A DNA stretch of 64,000 nucleotides from Rebecca billardiae RCC1528. Taxonomy: Eukaryota > Protista > Haptophyta. Made by a program: the position numbers and the translations under genes. The stretch lies in the NCBI GenBank assembly GCA_965240325.2, contig OZ251223.1, forward strand, positions 1,860,001-1,924,000, given 5' to 3'. Within the stretch, counting starts at the first letter, position 1, and every line of letters starts with the position of its first letter. Positions 58,485-64,000 of this stretch are shown piece after piece. The notes beneath the pieces are model-generated. The model worked only from the letters and a program-made list of their open reading frames with translations, searched no databases and was not told where the DNA came from.

Positions 58485-61400
58485 CGTTTTGTCGGACGCT
58501 CGTGCTGGGCGTCGTCTGCAGAGGCAGCGACACCTGCATCCTTGTCCGGCGTGGGCGAATGGACGCGCTTGCGATCGTCAGCCAAGCCTCCTTCCGGAGA
58601 GCGCTCTTTCCTGTCCGGCTTGCCCTCGCGCCGCTTGTCGCGAGCTTCGCTGCCGCTGCTGCTGCCGCTCGAGCCGCGGCGTGCCCTGCCACCTCCGCGC
58701 CGCCGCTTCCCACTGCTCCGGGTGTCGCCTGAGCTGCCACTCGAGCCACTCGAGCCAGAGCTACCGGAGCTCCTGGTAGAGCCGCTGCTCCCGCTACTGC
58801 CACGACTGCCGCTGCTGCCGCTGCTGCCGCTGCTGCCGCTGCTGCCGCTGCTGCCGCGACTGCGACTGCGGCTGCGGCTGCGGCTGCGGCTGCGGCTGCG
58901 GCTGCGGCTGCGGCTGCGGCTGCGGCTGCGGCTGTCGCTGTCGCTGTCGCTGCCACTGCCGCTGCCGCTGGTGCTGCCGCTGCTGCCGCTGCTGCCGCTG
59001 CTGCCGCTGCTGCCGCTGCTGCCGCTGCTGCCACGGCTACCACTGCTGCTGGTGCTGCCGCTGCTGCTGGTGCTGCCGCTGCTGCCGCTGCCACCAGAGG
59101 AGGAGGAGGAGGACGACGACGAGGAGGACGAGGAGCCACTGCTGCCACGCCTTGCCGGCGGTGGCGGCGGTGGCGGCGGTGCCTGGCGCTGCTGCGCGAG
59201 CATGAGCTTGGGCGCGTTCTTCAGGTGCTCGCGCAGCCCGTCGGTCAGCCCACCAAGCCCTGCGGGCGCACACGCACGCCACGCCCCAGGGGCCACGCCC
59301 GCCACGGTGAGAGGGCGGCGCCGGGCGCACAGGCGCGCGCGCACGCAACCGGGCGGGGGCCGCACCGATCGAGGTGAAGAAGTTGATTGCAAAGCGCGTG
59401 TTCTTCGGGTTGTCGAACGGGAAGAGGCCCTCGAACGACGGCGCCATCTGCTCCTCGTTGAGACGCGCGCGGAGCGTCTTCAGGCCGAGGAACTCCGAGA
59501 GCTGCGCCAGGCGGCGGGGCGGGCGCGGGGGGCGCGAGCCGTGAGCCGCCGGCGCGCATCGGTGGCACGCACGGCGCGCGCCTCGAGGGGAGGGGGGCGC
59601 GCGCACCTGCTGGAAGAGGATCTTGACGAAGATGCGCGAGGACGACGTGGTCTCCTCCTCGGAGAGCCGGATGTACTCGAGCAGCGTCCACGGCATCGCG
59701 TCCGAGTGCAGCAGGTGCGCGAAGAACTTTGCGATGTTGCGCAGCTTGTTGGTCTCGAGCCGGTGGATCATCGTGTACTGCTTCGCAAAGCACTCGTCGA
59801 AGAGCAGCTGGTACCGCCGGTTGATGCGGCAGAAGCGCTCGCCGAGCATGCCGTAGAACTCGAGGTACGTGCGCTCCTGCGAGCAGCACTCGAGCAGCAT
59901 CGTGCAGATCTCGATCTCCTCGCCCTCCCTGTGGTGGCGCGGCGCGCACACGCACGCGGCGCGCGCGGGCTCAGCGGCGCTCCGCCGCCCGCGCCAGGCC
60001 GCGGCGCGCGCGCGCTCGGCGGTCCGCCCGCGCGGGAGGCGCGCGGCGCGCGCACCGGAGCTTGAGCTTGCACAGCTTGTGCGCGCACTCGTCCACGATC
60101 GCCGAGCTCATGATGGTGAGGTAGATGGTGCGTCGCAGGTTGACGACGTCCTGCTCCGACTTGTCAATGATGCCGCGCGTGCCGTCCGGCCGGAGGCCCT
60201 CGGCCTGCGCGGCGGCGTCGTCGTCGTCGCTCTCGTCGTCGTCGTCGTCGTCGTCCTCCTCGCCGCTCTCCTCCTCGCTCTCCTCCCCCAGGATCTCCTT
60301 GCGCAGCGCGCCGTACTTGGCCTCGTTCGCCTCGTACTCCGGGTCGAGGCTGAAGTAGTCGAGCCGCTCCTCGAGCTCGAGCTCGTCGTCCAGCATCAGC
60401 TCGTGCGTGATCTGGTCGTCGGCGTCGACGATGTCGAGGGCGGGCACCACGCCCGGGTGCTCCGCGAACTTGGCCTTGCGCTTCGCGAAGAGCTGCTCGA
60501 TCGTGTACTGCACGCGCTTGTCGAGCTGCCCCTCATGCAGCACGGCGCGCAGCCGCTCAAAGACGTGCGTCAGCCCGGCGGGCGAGACCTCGGAGAGCGT
60601 GTGCCCGACCTCGGTGGCGAAGGTGCACGCGATCTCGACGGAGTGGTCGGTGGGTTGCTCCAGCATCACCGTGAGGATCTGCAGCGCGAGGATCTCGTGC
60701 GCCACCTGCTGGTTCACCAGGTGCGCGATGAAGCGGCACAGCGTGAGGCACATGCCCTTGTCGTTGCGCTTGAACGCGCGCCGGAACTGGCTGATGACGC
60801 GCTTGAGCAGGAGCTCGCCGATCTCGGGCATCTTGGTGTTCACCACGGCGATCAGCGCCGCGTACACGTTCGTGAACGCGGGCGACGCCATCTGCGACTT
60901 GAGCAGCGAGCGCACGAGCAGCGCGCGGCCGCGCACGATGTTCTCCCCAAAGAGCTCGAGCACGATGCCCTTCAGGTTGGTCACGTTCACCTTGTTCACC
61001 AGGCCTGCGGGGGCGACGCGCGGTGGCGTGGGTGTGAGCCGTGAGCGCCGGCGGCGCGGCGCGGCGCGCGGGCGCGGCGCGCCCGCCACCGCGCGCGCTG
61101 CGCTGCGCCGCACCGTTGATGGACTTCTTGAGCGCCTCCCACGTCATCCGCTGGTACTCGGCCGAGCTCTTGTCCTGCACGTCGCGCATCATCTGCGCGA
61201 GCTTGTACGGCGGGATGTACACGCCGCCCGTCCGCCCGCCGCCGCGCCCCTCGCCCCCCGCCGCGCGCTCGAGGGCGACCTTCGTCGGGTCCTCGGGCAT
61301 GGGCTTGTCGCGCTCGCGCGCGCGCGTCACCTTGGAGCCGTTCTGCTCCGGCTCGCGCGGCTGCGCGGGCCGCGGGCTCGCCGGGCGCTCGTCGTCGGGG

Positions 61401-61693
61401 GCACGCGCATCGTCGTCGGGCATGCGGCGCTCTGTGCGCTCGGCACCACCCTTCGGCCTAGAGCCCTCCTCGTCCGCAAAGTGCACCCTCGGCCGAGCCG
61501 CACCCTCGGCGCGCGCGCGAGACTTCTTGCGAGCGCCAGCCGCGGCATCCGGCTCGCTGCCCGAGCGGCTGCCCGAGCCATCGCTGCTCGACCCAGACGA
61601 GGACGAGCTCCCGCTGCTTCCGCTCCGACCGTCCTTTGCGCCGCCTGCGCCGCCGCCATCATCGTCGTCGTCGTCCCGGTGGCTGCCTCGCAT
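58451..61693 (-). CDS. CWC22: Pre-mRNA splicing factor CWC22; complement(join(58451..59259,59366..59501,59607..59928,60056..61004,61114..61693)), 931 aa
   Basis: [33 protein letters not shown] (MIF4G), [49 protein letters not shown] and [18 protein letters not shown] (MA3), then a Ser/RS-rich tail. Four GT-AG introns join in frame. Confidence 0.97.
58795..59090 (-). repeat. Coding microsatellites encoding (SSG)n and (SR)n in the CWC22 tail
   Basis: (gctgccgct)n and (ctgcgg)n tracts on the + strand. Confidence 0.9.
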
Positions 61694-62422
61694 GGCGCAC
61701 GCGGCTGCGCGCCAGCCCTGTCTCTGTCGCTTTGTCTTGTGGACACGGGCTCCGGACTTTACAACTTGCAAGATGGAGCCCGGGCGTGGTCCGGAAACTC
61801 GTCACTGACTCAGTCTGCAGTCAGTCAGTCACAACTTCCAACTGTCGATCGTACAGGAAGTAGTTCGTAACAATCTGACCGACCGACGGCGACGCGTCGC
61901 AAAGAGCTATCATTGATCGACGTACGTCACTCTGCGCCAGCCCGATGTCGTAGAGAAGACCGCTTCGTCGCCAATCGTCGGCCTCGGCGGCCTCGGTCTC
62001 GGCCTCGGCCGGTGACTCGATAGTCGGTGAGGTGACTGATGGTGACAGGTGAGTCAGGCCGCGCCGCGTGGACGCGCGTCGGGACGTGGTGCGTCACTCC
62101 GCGCTCCGCAGGCGCTGGCAGCGCCGGGCCTGGCCTTCCGGTGCTGCAGCTGCCGGCCTGCCGGCCGTCACGACACACCACTGCCTTCGTCGGCGTGGCA
62201 CATCGGCGGCGTCCCACGACACAAAGTAACAGTGCAGCCCGTCTGGTGCCGTCGGGCGCCAGACGGGTGGCTCCTTGTGCCTCGCAGCCGTGCAGCCGGC
62301 AGCGCAGATGTTTTGTACCACTGTGCTTCATCACTCACTTTGTGCTCGCTCAGGCTCTAATGGCGCTGTCCTCCACACGCCAGCGCGTGCCGCCGCCCTC
62401 CGACCGCGGAGCGCCGCGCTGC

Positions 62423-63437
62423 TCAGCACGCGCAGTTCTGCGACCCTGGCTTCTCCTTTTGGTCGTTGAGGTCGATTGTGTCCGGCAGGTAGCTGCGCGC
62501 GCGAGCACGCGGCGTGCGCGGTCGGGCGGGCGGGCGGTGCCGGTCCGTCAAGGGAAGCCGCGCCGCGCGGGGCGGGGCGGGCGGGCGGGGCGGGCGGCGC
62601 GCACATGTCCTCCTCCTGCTCCTGTTTGAGCGCATTCTTCGCGATCACCTGGAACGCCTGCTCCACGTTGATGTTGTCCTTGGCGCTCGTCTCGAAGAAG
62701 GGGATGTTTCCCTTGGCCTGGCACCACGAGAGCGCGCGCTTCTGCGACACCTGCTCGGCAGCGCGCGCGCGCGCGCGGGTGTGTGTGGGCGGGTGCGGCC
62801 GGGCGCGGCGGCGAGGTACGAGCAGCGGCGCGGTGTGCGGCGCGGCGGTGCGCCGCGCGCAGTGCGTACGATGCGCGTGTCCATATCGACCTTGTTGCCG
62901 AGGACGACGAACGGGAAGTTGTCAGGGTCGCGCGGCCCCGCCTGGATGAGGAACTCGTCGCGCCAGCTGTCAAGGTTCTCGAACGTCTTGGCGACGTTGA
63001 CGTCGAAGACGAGCACACACGAGTCCGCACCCCGGTAGAAGGCCACGCCGAGGCTCTGAAACCTCTCCTGCCCTGCAGTGTCCCAGATCTGCGCGGGCGT
63101 GCGCACCGGGCACGCGCATGCTTTGCCTCAGAGCCGCCCAGCACCGGAGGCGAAGGGGGCGCGGGGGGCGGACCTGCATGGTGACTAGCCTGTCGTCGAT
63201 AGTGACCTCTTTCGTCAGGAAGTCAGCCCCAATCGTCGCCTTGTACTGGTTGCTGAACTTCTTGTTCACGTACCTGCGCGCCCGGGGCGCGGAGGGCGGT
63301 CAGGCCCCAGCGCGCGCGCGCGCGTGGGGCCGGGCTGCGCGCGGGCGGCTTGTCACGCACTGGTTCATCAGGCTCGTCTTGCCGACACCACTGTCACCAA
63401 GGATGATCACCTTCAACAGCACCTTCTTGCCCGGCAT
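62423..63437 (-). CDS. RAB7: Rab7 GTPase; complement(join(62423..62492,62605..62750,62870..63088,63174..63273,63361..63437)), 203 aa
   Basis: [75 protein letters not shown] and C-terminal CAC. Four GT-AG introns join in frame. Confidence 0.97.
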
Positions 63438-63617
63438 CGTGCGGGCGGGTGTCCGCCCGCAAGCAGCGATTCGTCACGAGCGTGCGGGTCCTTGGACCGT
63501 GGAGATACCCCAGCAAGCAAGCGCTGACCAACCGGCGGTGCGGGCGATGGCCGCCAAACGCGCGAGCGGCTCAAGGGCTTGTGCACCGCTTGCAAGAAGG
63601 GTCTGCGTCGCGCACGG
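63438..63617. promoter_or_regulatory. Inferred compact bidirectional promoter between RAB7 and CNX1
   Basis: Only 180 bp separate the divergent ATGs. Position-based inference only. Confidence 0.5.
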
Positions 63618-64000
63618 ATGATCTCGATCGACGAGGCCGTCGACATCGCCCTCGCGCACGCCGCGCGGCTGGAGCCGGTGCGGCTGCGGCTCGACGAGGC
63701 GCTCGACTGCGTGATAGCCGAGGACGTGCGCGCGGCGCAGCCGCATCCCCCCTTCCGAGCCTCCATCAAGGACGGGTACGCGGTGCGCGCGGGTGACGTG
63801 CTGAGCGCCGGGACCGAGCTCGACGTGGTCGGCGACAGCCGCGCGGGTTGCCGCGAGCCGCCGCGAATCGAGGCGGGCCAGGCGTGTTACGTGACCACGG
63901 GCGCGCCTGTCCCCGCCGGCGCCGACGCCGTCGTCGAGGTCGAGCGCACGACGCTCACCGGGGCTGACGGCGGCCGGCGCGTTTGCATCCAGCGCGTGCC
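63618..64000 (+). CDS. CNX1: Molybdopterin molybdenumtransferase (CNX1 E-domain / gephyrin E / MoeA), 3'-partial
   Basis: Hand translation: MISIDEAVDIAL..VIAEDVRAAQPHPPFRASIKDGYAVR..YVTTGAPVPAGADAVVEVE, open to the window edge. Confidence 0.92.
   Translation, partial: MISIDEAVDIALAHAARLEPVRLRLDEALDCVIAEDVRAAQPHPPFRASIKDGYAVRAGDVLSAGTELDVVGDSRAGCREPPRIEAGQACYVTTGAPVPAGADAVVEVERTTLTGADGGRRVCIQRV

Noticed and set aside
58207-60065. Poly-Ala and (LPL)n/(RL)n ORFs
   Set aside because: They are alternative frames or antisense of the CWC22 low-complexity tail.

Overview
GC-rich (about 70% by eye) eukaryotic nuclear DNA with short GT-AG introns. A haptophyte-like microalga is my inference, not proven. 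Left to right: (1) the 5' part of a secreted repeat protein gene (- strand, runs off the window); (2) an 8.1-kb composite DIRS/Ngaro-like retroelement (1984-10121) with split direct repeats A..B-A..B, a 183-bp tandem array, a decayed RT/RNase H and many perfect hairpins, inserted between two divergent genes; (3) a 4-exon FAM114A-like gene; (4) a ~19.5-kb tandem segmental duplication (14613-34165 and 34166-~58070). Each copy carries a giant (4279 and 4418 aa) polycystin-1-like receptor: signal peptide, FG-GAP propellers, a fibrinogen-like module, an (SPPP)n stalk, REJ, EGF, GPS and 5 TM helices. The two paralogues have near-identical membrane halves but shuffled, locally hypervariable head modules; (5) a 5-kb non-autonomous TIR transposon with an 8-bp TSD carrying two satellites, plus two small retroposed inserts; (6) CWC22, RAB7 and the 5' end of CNX1/gephyrin-E. 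The best candidate for an undescribed system is the modular variable-head receptor pair. Second is the structured split-repeat retroelement. All domain calls are motif recognition by eye, and no database searches were run.
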